Of a stretch of 64,000 nt of DNA, positions 30,120-39,935 are shown one piece after another. The translations under genes were made by a program, and so were the position numbers. The stretch lies in NCBI GenBank assembly GCA_937893225.1, contig CALBJM010000331.1:3346-67345 (forward strand), in the 5' to 3' direction. The stretch is from an uncultured Erysipelotrichaceae bacterium (GTDB lineage Bacteria > Bacillota_I > Bacilli_A > Erysipelotrichales > Erysipelotrichaceae). Under the pieces are notes generated by a model. The model saw nothing but the letters and a program-made list of their open reading frames with translations. It was not told the origin of the DNA and made no database searches. Position 1 is the first letter of the stretch, and every line of letters starts with the position of its first letter.

Positions 30120-30458
30120 ATGATTAAAGAAACGATCGTAAAAGATAATTTTGGCAAACAAGTACAGATTGGTGACATCATTGCTTTTGCTGAAACGTTT
30201 AAGTATAGAGGTGTCGAAAAATATGGCACAGCAATGGCAACGGCAGTAGTAATGGAGATCACCAATAAAGCTTTAAAGATTGCACCGTTGACATTCACTA
30301 AAGATGAATACTATAACATTAAAGAACGAAATGGCATTGCTGTTTATTCAAAAGGTGATCGGTATTTATCTACAGGAAAAAAGACATTGGAACATCGCTA
30401 CAATGCCTTTTATATTATTGGTCATGGTGATGGGGCGGTTGTTTTATCAACAATGTAG
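30120..30458 (+). CDS. hypothetical protein with C-terminal tag
   Basis: DNFGKQVQIGD start; ends GDGAVVLSTM. Confidence 0.7.
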   Translation: MIKETIVKDNFGKQVQIGDIIAFAETFKYRGVEKYGTAMATAVVMEITNKALKIAPLTFTKDEYYNIKERNGIAVYSKGDRYLSTGKKTLEHRYNAFYIIGHGDGAVVLSTM

Positions 30459-30469
30459 GAATAGAGACG

Positions 30470-30808
30470 ATGATGAGCGTTACTTCATATGACAAAACAA
30501 GATTTAATCAATTGAGAGATTGGTTAAAAGGTCAGTCAATTCCTGAACATGACGATTGGATCATTACTACTGTATTGTCTAATGAACCGTATGTTGAAAA
30601 TACAATGTCTGATGAAGATTGGTTTGTCATCGTCTTCGCACCTAATGATAAAGAAAATGATTTTGGTATGTTCCAGATTAATTTCTTAAGACAACTGTTC
30701 GAGTCTACCATAGATTTTAAGAAATGTCAATTGGTAATGAATCGTGATAAATCTGGTCTTCGCATCGAACCTATTAATGTTGGGCAAAAAGCATTAAAAG
30801 ACCTTTAA
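30470..30808 (+). CDS. C-terminal-tag family protein
   Basis: ends NVGQKALKDL. Confidence 0.7.
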   Translation: MMSVTSYDKTRFNQLRDWLKGQSIPEHDDWIITTVLSNEPYVENTMSDEDWFVIVFAPNDKENDFGMFQINFLRQLFESTIDFKKCQLVMNRDKSGLRIEPINVGQKALKDL

Positions 30809-30877
30809 AAGTTATCTTGACTTTTTATAATTATATATGATAATTATTTAATTATAGTTATCATAGGAGGTGTTGGT

Positions 30878-31237
30878 ATGTCTAAAAGAATAATCAATTG
30901 GAAAAAGGTTCGTAGAGAAGTGATTGATAAACTTTACGGCATACAGACAGATGACGGCAGTTATGAGTATCAAGGTGTTTGTGTAGATTCAGAAACTTTA
31001 GAGTTTCATAATTGTGATGACAACAGGGTTATGAAGTATTATCAATTTTATAGTACTTTTAAGAATTTAAACAAACATGACGTATATGGCGCTGGATTAT
31101 TTATACCTAAAGAGATTATTGACAATGAGGAGTTGTCTATAGTTCCTGTATCACATTTTGAACTTCAAGCCATTAACAATGGTGTATTTCTGTTAAAGAA
31201 ACGCAGCATAGGTGATGTTGTTCTTCATGAGATTTAA
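30878..31237 (+). CDS. C-terminal-tag family protein
   Basis: ends SIGDVVLHEI. Confidence 0.7.
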   Translation: MSKRIINWKKVRREVIDKLYGIQTDDGSYEYQGVCVDSETLEFHNCDDNRVMKYYQFYSTFKNLNKHDVYGAGLFIPKEIIDNEELSIVPVSHFELQAINNGVFLLKKRSIGDVVLHEI

Positions 31238-31254
31238 GAAGGAGGAGAAGAAAA

Positions 31255-31632
31255 ATGTTCATTTCTAATGTACCTTTAAAGGAAAATAAACGCTTCAATA
31301 GATACATTAACAACCTTGATAAAGTGTTTAGTGGGTTGAAAGTCATTGACAAGAATGATGACAAACTGAAGTACCTTTTTGTTCAATATAATGCTGATGA
31401 AGCTTTTGCACATAACATTGTATATCATAACCCTTCACATTATGAATTCAAATGTATTTTCATGCGTGAGTATGGTGATTGTAAATGTTATAATGTGTTG
31501 ATTGAAATTGGTCTACTGAATCGCATTAGAAAAGTAAAGAAGAAATCTTTACAAATCATTGTAGACCAATCAACGGGAAATTTGATAGCTGAAGAAAAAG
31601 CTTTAGGTCAATTTGTATTGGAGTCATTATGA
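31255..31632 (+). CDS. C-terminal-tag family protein
   Basis: ends ALGQFVLESL. Confidence 0.7.
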   Translation: MFISNVPLKENKRFNRYINNLDKVFSGLKVIDKNDDKLKYLFVQYNADEAFAHNIVYHNPSHYEFKCIFMREYGDCKCYNVLIEIGLLNRIRKVKKKSLQIIVDQSTGNLIAEEKALGQFVLESL

Positions 31633-31979
31633 TGAGTACAGAAGTAAATGTCAAGACAACAAAGTTCCAAAAGTTACGTGAAGCTTTAATTGGAAAACAG
31701 GTGTTAGATACTATTGTTCAAGATGTATCTGAAAGATGTTATTTTCAAGAGTTTTATGAAATCAATAAAACATATCTTGAATTGGAAATCTGTCCTAAAC
31801 ATCGTAACAATTGGGAAATGTATGGTTGGCATGTATACATGGACAAAGAACTTTACAAACGACCTAAATTGTTCCCGTTGTTGGAATTTGTTGTTTGTGA
31901 TGATCCGTTAAATCCAAACGGAAAGTGGTTGGAAATTGTCGTGCCTAATATAGGAGAAACCACCTTAAATAAAATTTAG
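31629..31979 (+). CDS. C-terminal-tag family protein
   Basis: ends NIGETTLNKI. Confidence 0.7.
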   Translation: MMSTEVNVKTTKFQKLREALIGKQVLDTIVQDVSERCYFQEFYEINKTYLELEICPKHRNNWEMYGWHVYMDKELYKRPKLFPLLEFVVCDDPLNPNGKWLEIVVPNIGETTLNKI

Positions 31980-32041
31980 GTTGACAATTTCTTTTGTCAT
32001 GATATAGTAACTTTAACAAACCTAATGAAGGAGTAAGAGAT

Positions 32042-32377
32042 ATGACTGAACAGAAAACCTATACCACATCTGAATTGATGTTTTCGGTTGTTGACAATTT
32101 GGAAAAACAGATTAGCACAATCAATCTGATCATTGGTGTCCTTAAGGAAACAGCTGAAGAAATGAAATCTAATGAAGAAGCAAGTGTGTGCGGTGTCAAA
32201 CGTGAACAGTTTGAAGAGATTGCTAAACTGATTCACATGAATAATAAAATGCGTAATGCATTGAATAACATTGCACATGGGGAAATGACAGTTAAACCGT
32301 ATGGCACTGTCTATATGGGGCGAGAGGAAGAAGTCACCTTGCAACAGTATGCTGAAGAAGCATTAAAGGAAGATTGA
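32042..32377 (+). CDS. hypothetical protein
   Basis: promoter TTGACA 31981, AAGGAG SD. Confidence 0.7.
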   Translation: MTEQKTYTTSELMFSVVDNLEKQISTINLIIGVLKETAEEMKSNEEASVCGVKREQFEEIAKLIHMNNKMRNALNNIAHGEMTVKPYGTVYMGREEEVTLQQYAEEALKED

Positions 32378-32724
32378 ACATGAAGAATTGGGTCGGGTAT
32401 AAAGGTCGATTGAAAAGTCTTTTATTGGCACTGAATGAAATCATATATAGGCAATATGAGATTAACCTTTATGATATCGATAATATTATCCGATCCAATA
32501 AACATTTCACGGACCAGTTGAAGAACAAAGAAACTATTGTAATGGTTTTGATTGATTTCAAGGATAAAAACGGTTTGTTTATGTCACAATGGTTTGACAT
32601 TGATAAATATCTTTTAAGAAAGTATAAAACCTTTACTGCTGGAATGATTGATGTGCTATTTACAGAAGAAACCAATACAATCACTGAAAAGCGTATTGGT
32701 GAACAAACGTTATGTGGCATCTGA
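32374..32724 (+). CDS. C-terminal-tag family protein
   Basis: ends RIGEQTLCGI. Confidence 0.7.
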   Translation: MNMKNWVGYKGRLKSLLLALNEIIYRQYEINLYDIDNIIRSNKHFTDQLKNKETIVMVLIDFKDKNGLFMSQWFDIDKYLLRKYKTFTAGMIDVLFTEETNTITEKRIGEQTLCGI

Positions 32725-32740
32725 CTGAAGGAGATAGACA

Positions 32741-33244
32741 ATGGGAAAAACAACCTTTTGTACATGCAACTTTAAGAAACCATATGTTGTACAGACAGAA
32801 GATGGTAAATGGTGTGTGTATTGTCAGGATTGTGGTAAAGAAGTTTCTTCGGATAATAAAGAAGAAGCAATGACAAAATGGGCTGAACAGTATGGAATGA
32901 ACCTGTGCTTTTGTTGTGAATCAAGTAAAGTGTTGCCGAAGAATATCAATACAGCTGAATGTAATTTATCCGTTGATGAGATTAAACAAAAAGCTGATGT
33001 TGATTGCACAATGAAACCGTGTGTCTATACAATGTCACCCCTTTACTTGAGAGAATTCATTCGTTCAGCGGATCATGAAAGAGTGTTGAATAATTGGGGA
33101 TTTGTTTTCGTAAAAAACGATGGCAAAAAGACATTGGTCAATACAGAGAAGTTAAAAGAAATTATTGATGACCCATATACAAATGTTTTGGATATGCCGG
33201 TACCTGTCATTTTGTCAGAAGCGTTTAATAAGAACAACGTTTAA
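32741..33244 (+). CDS. protein with Lar-like Zn-finger N-domain fused to a domain shared with 41027..41359
   Basis: CTC...WCVYCQDCG....EEAMTKW; C-domain CESS..LP....ECNLS...VYTMSP...VLNNW. Confidence 0.65.
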   Translation: MGKTTFCTCNFKKPYVVQTEDGKWCVYCQDCGKEVSSDNKEEAMTKWAEQYGMNLCFCCESSKVLPKNINTAECNLSVDEIKQKADVDCTMKPCVYTMSPLYLREFIRSADHERVLNNWGFVFVKNDGKKTLVNTEKLKEIIDDPYTNVLDMPVPVILSEAFNKNNV

Positions 33245-33265
33245 AGATTGAAAGGAAGGTGTGTT

Positions 33266-33655
33266 ATGACATTTTTTGAAATGTTAAAGAACATCTACAA
33301 AGATCAAAAAGCTAATCGTAACATTGGCAACTATTGTCGTATGAAAGATGGTGAACAACGTATTCTAGGTTCAGTAATATGTCATTCACCTCAACCTCAT
33401 TTGACTGAATTTGAAGTCTTCGGTGTAAAAGCTGATACAAAATATGATGTTGGTCATATTGATTGCACGAAGTATTTCAGTCATGACGCTATTACATTTA
33501 GAGACATAATGGCTACTGATTGGGAGAAAATGTCAGATGATGATGTTCAAGAAATACTTGATGAACGTTTAGAAGAAGAAGAAAGGCAAGAACAGGAACT
33601 TGATGTGCTTGACTTCGAAGAGAGTCTTGCTAATAAATATACGCCAATCTTGTAA
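33266..33655 (+). CDS. hypothetical protein
   Basis: DIMATDWE motif, acidic tail. Confidence 0.65.
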   Translation: MTFFEMLKNIYKDQKANRNIGNYCRMKDGEQRILGSVICHSPQPHLTEFEVFGVKADTKYDVGHIDCTKYFSHDAITFRDIMATDWEKMSDDDVQEILDERLEEEERQEQELDVLDFEESLANKYTPIL

Positions 33656-33917
33656 GCTATCACAAAATTTTTATATACAGAAAGAAGAAATATGTCTTTA
33701 CATGTTTCTTCTTTTTTGTTATAGTATATATAATTGAAGAGGAGAGTGTTAATGTGAAAAGGTAAATGACAAACTCGAAACAAAATGGAAGCTATCAACT
33801 TCCCTAAATTAATCTACTATCAAAAAGGAACAAAACAATGAAGAAACTGAAGATTAAGATTAAAAAGGTTAAATTGTTTTAGTCTTGAAACAATCGTCGA
33901 CTAAAAGGAGTAAAGAT

Positions 33918-34685
33918 ATGATTACGTTTAAAGGTTCACAAAAGGCTTTCTTTAAGGCCTATCCTAAAGACAAGAGAAGTCTTGATGAAGTGTATTGTTT
34001 GGTTTCCTATAACATCATCACTAAACAGGAAACTAAAACATGTTATCAGTTTATTGGTTCATTGGGTGAAAAGAACTTTAAGAAAGTTGAAACACCTAAA
34101 GATATTACTGAAACTGTTACTGTTGATACAAAAAATACGAATGATACAAACGTATCTGATGTACAAAATGAAGATGATTTAGATTTTGCTAATCCTGATG
34201 GTGACGTTGTTGAAGAAAAGAAATGTGACGTTAAGGCGAAGGCTGAAGAAGCAACTGAAGTCAGTGAAGTAAAGGCGGAAGAAAAGACTGAAGTTGTTAA
34301 AGAAAAAAAGTCGAAAAAGAAAACCGTCGCTGTTAAAAGGGAGGAATTGCTGGAAGCGTTTCAAGCATTAACAGGTTTTATGGGTTGTCAAATTGATAAC
34401 TATAATCCTGTTGACATGTTTGCTCTTCAATGTGTTTGTAACGAATTTAATACATGCGACTTTTCTACTGAAGCTGTAGTGTATGTTGACTTGTTCAAGT
34501 ACTTTCTTAATAAGTATCCGACACTTGCTAAATACATTCAGACATGTATTGATGTTATTGAAGATGTCTACAATGATATCGTGAAAAATAAACAAGCTTT
34601 AGTGGAAGAAGCTAGATGGTTCTATGGAGACTGCGGGTTAACAAAAGAACAAAACAAAAAGAAGCGAAAAAGAAAGCAGCTGTAA
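33918..34685 (+). CDS. hypothetical protein, paralog of 27656..28531
   Basis: AAGGAG SD; shared N-domain, charged linker. Confidence 0.7.
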   Translation: MITFKGSQKAFFKAYPKDKRSLDEVYCLVSYNIITKQETKTCYQFIGSLGEKNFKKVETPKDITETVTVDTKNTNDTNVSDVQNEDDLDFANPDGDVVEEKKCDVKAKAEEATEVSEVKAEEKTEVVKEKKSKKKTVAVKREELLEAFQALTGFMGCQIDNYNPVDMFALQCVCNEFNTCDFSTEAVVYVDLFKYFLNKYPTLAKYIQTCIDVIEDVYNDIVKNKQALVEEARWFYGDCGLTKEQNKKKRKRKQL

Positions 34686-34707
34686 GAGTTCGTAAACGGT
34701 AACTTTG

Positions 34708-35160
34708 AAAGCAATGGTTAAAAAGTTTTTTCTCTAATTTTATGCGAGAATTAAATTTAATAAACCATTGCTTTTTTGAGATAAAGCTGTGCCCTCTACA
34801 ATATATACTCTTAGATCATATATATATATGATCATATCATAATATGCGACCAGACAAGGTCGCATGACAGGGGGAACGTATTTCCCCCTGAAACCCTCTT
34901 TTACAGGAGGGGGCAGTAAGCCCCCTTCCATCCCCCGAAAGATCTGTCTTAATGGATTTTCCATTTCCTGATTTCATCAGTCAATGTCAAACCATTGTGA
35001 TAGATCATTTAAGTTTGTAAAGAAATCTTTATTTAGGATCTGTTTAAGGATCTTTTCTTAAAGTCCTCAACATAGTCTAGCATTAAAGAAATTTTGAGAA
35101 AAAGGTTTCAAAGTAAAAGGACTAAAAGGAAGAGAATAAAAGGTCTTGATGAAAAGGTTT
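34708..35160. other. candidate replication origin / structured intergenic region
   Basis: 12-bp IR, (AT)n palindrome, three GC-rich hairpins, repeated AAAAGG. Confidence 0.35.
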
Positions 35161-35280
35161 CATATAAGTTTTTCATTTGCTTTTTGTTGTTTATGTTTTG
35201 TTCTGTTAAAAAAAACTACTTGACAACAATCTGTAAATGATATAGCTTGAATTGTAGATTACTAATGAAAGGAAAACGGT

Positions 35281-35589
35281 ATGAACATTGGAAAACGTTT
35301 AGAAGATATCTTTGAAGAAATTATAAGAATTGTAAGAGGTTATGATATCACCAAGAAGTTTCAAAGTAATAACAGATTGCTGAAACAGGTAAATGATTAT
35401 ATTACAAAATTGACTGACAGTGAAGAATGGACACCTGAAAAAAGAAACCATTTGTTTGATTATCTGATTTCTCAAGCTTCCTGTCAAAAACATGCAATGG
35501 ATTTGTTTGATGAAAAGGATATGGCTGTTTTCTATTATCAGGTTCAATGCATGTTGGCTACTGTAAAATGTGATTATATCACCAAATGA
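35281..35589 (+). CDS. hypothetical protein
   Basis: promoter TTGACA 35220, SD present. Confidence 0.65.
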   Translation: MNIGKRLEDIFEEIIRIVRGYDITKKFQSNNRLLKQVNDYITKLTDSEEWTPEKRNHLFDYLISQASCQKHAMDLFDEKDMAVFYYQVQCMLATVKCDYITK

Positions 35590-35915
35590 AAAATATGTTG
35601 ACAACGTTTCTTTTTATTGCTATAGTATATTTCTCAAATGAAGCAAGAGGAGAATGGAATTCATTACAATCTGAATTATTCTTTGCAGGGTGTTCAGATG
35701 AATGTGTGGAGAGTAGTGAAGCTGTTGATGATATAGTAAATGTCAAGGACTATTGTGAATGTGTTTGTCATACAATATTGCATACAACAGATTCCTATGA
35801 GCAAGCAAATGAATTTGTAATGAATTCATTGAATGGTGAATATGATGAACGTAAAGTGTTTGATAAAATCATGTACCAATGTTTTACGGTTAATCGAAAG
35901 AAAGGGTTGAGATAA
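35586..35915 (+). CDS. secreted Cys-rich protein
   Basis: signal-peptide-like N-terminus, YCECVC. Confidence 0.6.
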   Translation: MKNMLTTFLFIAIVYFSNEARGEWNSLQSELFFAGCSDECVESSEAVDDIVNVKDYCECVCHTILHTTDSYEQANEFVMNSLNGEYDERKVFDKIMYQCFTVNRKKGLR

Positions 35916-36041
35916 TGTTTGAGTGTGAAACGGATCATGAATTTAATGAATATGTAAAGTTTTTATGTAAGTTCAGTGCTACTTGCATCACGTTAAGTGT
36001 CATTGTATCAGCTTGCATTTACTATATGTAATTGGTGTCCT

Positions 36042-36350
36042 ATGAAATATTTGTTGTCTATCATTGTTGCGATTGGTGTGTTGACCGGTTGTGTGGCATA
36101 TTATGATCGGTCTGAAATTCAAATTACATATGAACAGAACGGAAAGGATTGTGTTTATACTGAACGTGGGTATGCTATCACATATGACAGTCGTTCATTG
36201 GTAAATAATGATACTATCACATATGCAAATACTTCATGTGATGTAATCATTACAAGTGAATTAAAAAACGCAACAAACAAAATTGGGTTGTCGCGTCGTA
36301 GAGATAGTGCTGACGTAGCTAATAACAGACGTACATATTCAATGTATTGA
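36042..36350 (+). CDS. putative lipoprotein
   Basis: MKYLLSIIVAIGVLTG|C lipobox. Confidence 0.7.
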   Translation: MKYLLSIIVAIGVLTGCVAYYDRSEIQITYEQNGKDCVYTERGYAITYDSRSLVNNDTITYANTSCDVIITSELKNATNKIGLSRRRDSADVANNRRTYSMY

Positions 36351-36516
36351 ACATGAGTAAGCACAATCTTTGAAGAATATCACAATGGCATATAAACACA
36401 ATCTTTATCAATATATGTCATCAGTATATTCATTCATTGCGTTTGCGATGTTGTTTATGACTATAGGAACTTTAATTATATTGTTCCTATAAATTGAAAA
36501 AGAAAGGAAGAACTAA

Positions 36517-37026
36517 ATGTTTTTTAAAAGTAAAGATAAAGAAGCCAGTCAGATCAAGATGTTTGAAGAAAAATTGCCGATCATTAAAGATATGGAAAGT
36601 GTTCGCGGCAAGGACTTCAAAATTGCCATGCATTATATTGGTATGCCAATTGATTTTTGTTACATGGGTGTTTTTGTAAAAACAGGTGGCATTGAAGGTG
36701 TTCGTCAATTCATTGAGAAACTTGATGAATATATTAAGTCTTCTGATGATGTAAAAACTTTGGTTCACTTGAATGAAAAAGATAACAATCTGTTGGGAAT
36801 GATGGATCGTCACGAAGAACAGACTTCGAATATCAAAACTAAAAGGATGTTGAACATTGTCGAACCATCTGAATTCAATAGTGTTAAGAAGATGCTGAAA
36901 ACCCGTAATAAAGAATGGGACACTATGCACGATTTGCATTTGGAGTTTTTGAACAGCATTGATGACTATCAGATTAAATGTCGTAGAAAGATGTATGAAA
37001 TCTTTGAAGAAGCTGTAGCTGTGTAA
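36517..37026 (+). CDS. hypothetical protein
   Basis: 169 aa, SD present. Confidence 0.7.
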   Translation: MFFKSKDKEASQIKMFEEKLPIIKDMESVRGKDFKIAMHYIGMPIDFCYMGVFVKTGGIEGVRQFIEKLDEYIKSSDDVKTLVHLNEKDNNLLGMMDRHEEQTSNIKTKRMLNIVEPSEFNSVKKMLKTRNKEWDTMHDLHLEFLNSIDDYQIKCRRKMYEIFEEAVAV

Positions 37027-37134
37027 TTTAAATGGCCGTAGAATGATGTTTAACAAATCTTGTGAGGAATCTTGCATGAATTCGTTGACGTCACTCTACG
37101 GTCTTTATTTTGTCTTTATGGAAAGGTTTGGCAA

Positions 37135-37302
37135 ATGAAGAAGTTGTTGTTGAGTGTAATGGTTGCTATGATATGCCTAGTAACTGATGCATATGCACAA
37201 CGTGGTTGTTGTAGCTATCATGGTGGTGTAAATAGTTGCACTATTAGTGGTCGTGTCAGATGTAATGACGGTACATTGTCACCGAGTTGCACATGTCGAT
37301 AA
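37135..37302 (+). CDS. small secreted Cys-rich peptide (YdcA-like)
   Basis: signal peptide ..AYA|, GCCSYHGGV..C....CNDG..S. Confidence 0.65.
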   Translation: MKKLLLSVMVAMICLVTDAYAQRGCCSYHGGVNSCTISGRVRCNDGTLSPSCTCR

Positions 37303-37426
37303 AAACCGGTTTGATTGTGTGTTTCATATTGTCAACAACTTCTTGCAGTTGCATTAAAAGTGTTTATGATATGCATGTGAACAGTGTATATGAGCTGATT
37401 TATCAGCGTTATTGAAAGGGTTAATT

Positions 37427-37768
37427 ATGTATTTGGTTAATTTTTGGTTGAAGATGTTTGATTTTAAAAGCAACATCGGTGTTTTTGAATTCTGGATTCC
37501 TCTTATCTTTTATCATTTCGCTTTTTATGCAATTGGTTTCTTGCCTGAAACTTTAATGACGATTGCTATATATATCTATTTTGGCGGTTATTTGATTGCC
37601 TTGATTTCTTCTGGTGTTCGTAGATTGCACGACCTTAACTTCTCTGGTTTGTGGATGATTGCATTTTTCATTCCCGGATTGAATGCTATTTTAGCGATAA
37701 TGTTGTTGTTACCGTCAGATTTCATGGGCGCTATTGTTGATGCTGGTTCGACTAAACCAAAAGAATAA
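37427..37768 (+). CDS. DUF805 inner-membrane protein
   Basis: EFW, VRRLHDLNFSG.W...IP motif. Confidence 0.85.
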   Translation: MYLVNFWLKMFDFKSNIGVFEFWIPLIFYHFAFYAIGFLPETLMTIAIYIYFGGYLIALISSGVRRLHDLNFSGLWMIAFFIPGLNAILAIMLLLPSDFMGAIVDAGSTKPKE

Positions 37769-37786
37769 CAATAAAGGTAGATAAAA

Positions 37787-37975
37787 ATGAGCAGAAATGA
37801 ATGGGGCGTTGTAGCTATTGTAATCTTTTGTGTTTTGCAACATTATAATAGTCAAATGGCTATGATTTTCTTTGTATCTTTCGTTGTAAGTTTCTTAACT
37901 AATATGAACAATCAAAAAGATACAAATGAAGAAAATAACAATGATGAAGAAAAGATGATTGACAAAAAAGAATAA
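37787..37975 (+). CDS. small membrane protein
   Basis: two hydrophobic segments. Confidence 0.55.
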   Translation: MSRNEWGVVAIVIFCVLQHYNSQMAMIFFVSFVVSFLTNMNNQKDTNEENNNDEEKMIDKKE

Positions 37976-37996
37976 TTATAGTAGTTTATTGTTTTA

Positions 37997-38416
37997 GTGG
38001 TTAATCAATCTGTTATAACTAAATGTCATGAGAGGGATTTTATAATGATAATGAGACATTTGAGTTTCTTTTCTAATCTGTGTATTCTTTTCGTTGTCAT
38101 TTTGACAGTTCACACTTTAGGGGTTAAAGCAAACTGGACAATTGCATTGTTCTATTTTTCTTCTGTTCTGTTTTTGCTGATGTTCATTGAAGGTGAAATG
38201 TCTGAAAAGAAAGAAGAAGAATATAAACGTTTACTGAAGGAAAATAATATTGCTTTTTATGATGAAGATGAAGAAGCAATGAAATCCTTAAAAGAAACCG
38301 CTGAACAGTTGAAGAAAACACTGAAAAAGAAAAAAGAGATGAAAGCTGAAGCTACTGTTGAAGATAATACTAAAAGCATGTCTGAAGTAGAAAAAGACAT
38401 TTCGTCTGAACAGTAA
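37997..38416 (+). CDS. membrane protein with charged tail
   Basis: two TM helices; start uncertain. Confidence 0.6.
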   Translation: MVNQSVITKCHERDFIMIMRHLSFFSNLCILFVVILTVHTLGVKANWTIALFYFSSVLFLLMFIEGEMSEKKEEEYKRLLKENNIAFYDEDEEAMKSLKETAEQLKKTLKKKKEMKAEATVEDNTKSMSEVEKDISSEQ

Positions 38417-38522
38417 TCTCTCGTAAACAGTTTCATATACAAAAGCAAGAGTTTGAAATATAACCCTTGCTTTTATTTTTATTTAATGATATAGTATTTG
38501 TATTAGAAATAAAGGAGTTGAA

Positions 38523-38846
38523 ATGTTTAAAGACTTTAAAGACTTAATGCATCTACCTGGTTATATTGTAGATGTACTTAATAGAAAATGTGGTAACCTC
38601 ATCCATAAAGAATATATTGTATCCTTTCAATCTTTGTGTGAAATTCAAGATGATTATATCCTAGCGACATTTACTTTTCCTGATCAAAATAAATTTCTTT
38701 ATTATGTTTATATTGATAAAGATATACTTGATATGTCAATTGATGTCTTGAATAGTGAGCACATTCAGTTCAAATATGAACAAAAAGGAAAAGACAGATA
38801 CTTGCATTTTATTGATATTGGTAACAATACATTGAGAAGGATTTAA
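38523..38846 (+). CDS. C-terminal-tag family protein
   Basis: ends DIGNNTLRRI. Confidence 0.75.
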   Translation: MFKDFKDLMHLPGYIVDVLNRKCGNLIHKEYIVSFQSLCEIQDDYILATFTFPDQNKFLYYVYIDKDILDMSIDVLNSEHIQFKYEQKGKDRYLHFIDIGNNTLRRI

Positions 38847-38850
38847 TTTT

Positions 38851-39144
38851 ATGATATATAATAAAAGGTTGATTGATGTTTTAAACAAATATATCATATC
38901 TCAAATAAGTGATAAACCGGCGCATTTCATTGATGGGTTCCATGAAAAAGATGATGGCTCCATTCAACTATTGTATCAATATAACGATGGTTCAGATTAT
39001 TTTTATGTTGTAAATGTTAATCCGGAGATTTTTAATATACCCCCGTCAGCATTAGATAATGATTGTCATCAGTTGACATATGATGAAAAAACATATACTA
39101 TAACTATAAAAGAAGTTGGTGATGCTGTTTTGAATAATGTGTAG
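38851..39144 (+). CDS. C-terminal-tag family protein
   Basis: ends EVGDAVLNNV. Confidence 0.75.
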   Translation: MIYNKRLIDVLNKYIISQISDKPAHFIDGFHEKDDGSIQLLYQYNDGSDYFYVVNVNPEIFNIPPSALDNDCHQLTYDEKTYTITIKEVGDAVLNNV

Positions 39145-39176
39145 CCAAAATTAATGTATGAAAGGTAGCTGTAACG

Positions 39177-39467
39177 ATGTCTATTTCGAGTTGGTTAGAA
39201 GCTATGACAGTGAAAGCGGCCTATTTAATCGAGCGTGAAAATGTCCGCTTTGTTGGATGGACTAATTCAAGTACAAACAAATATTGTCGGCTATATTATC
39301 AATATGGACAATTTGAAACCTTTGATTATATTTTGGCGGATCCTTTAATAGCAAACCTTTCTGTTGAACAAATACTCAATGATGGCATTGTCTTTAAATT
39401 AATAAACTGTAAAGGTAACTTTCTTACTATTGAAGATATTGGTAAAAAAGTTTTGGGGAATATTTAG
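39177..39467 (+). CDS. C-terminal-tag family protein
   Basis: ends DIGKKVLGNI. Confidence 0.75.
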   Translation: MSISSWLEAMTVKAAYLIERENVRFVGWTNSSTNKYCRLYYQYGQFETFDYILADPLIANLSVEQILNDGIVFKLINCKGNFLTIEDIGKKVLGNI

Positions 39468-39475
39468 ATAGGAAG

Positions 39476-39778
39476 TTGATGACTATGCGTATTGGTAATT
39501 TAGAAAGATTGTATATCTTAAATAAAAAAGCTTCCAATCTGATTCTTGATGATTGCAATGTTCATTTCGAAACTATCATGAACTATGATATTGACTTTTG
39601 GGGTATTGCTTTTTCATATACAAAATATAACCATAAATATTCTGATACTATTTATCTTGATAAAGATATCATGAATGTTCCTGTTGATGTTTTGGTAAGT
39701 GATTCAACTACCTTTAAATTCGAAAATAATTATTTAAAGCTGTCTGATATAGGTAAAGAAACCCTTAACAATATTTGA
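39476..39778 (+). CDS. C-terminal-tag family protein
   Basis: ends DIGKETLNNI. Confidence 0.75.
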   Translation: MMTMRIGNLERLYILNKKASNLILDDCNVHFETIMNYDIDFWGIAFSYTKYNHKYSDTIYLDKDIMNVPVDVLVSDSTTFKFENNYLKLSDIGKETLNNI

Positions 39779-39885
39779 CACACATTTTTACAACAACTCA
39801 ACTAAAAGTTGCTGTTCTATAGCATATACATTTTCGCCATTTTGGCATTTTTGATTTCAACAATAGGTTGTATATAAACACACTG

Positions 39886-39922
39886 AATCAAGTGACATTT
39901 ATGTTTTAGTGTCACTTGATTT
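39886..39922. terminator. hairpin between convergent genes
   Basis: AATCAAGTGACA/TGTCACTTGATT stem. Confidence 0.6.
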
Positions 39923-39935
39923 GTTTTATCAAATT

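Noticed and set aside
34740..34964. 74-aa minus-strand ORF
   Set aside because: Pro/Gly content derives from the GC hairpins; no SD.
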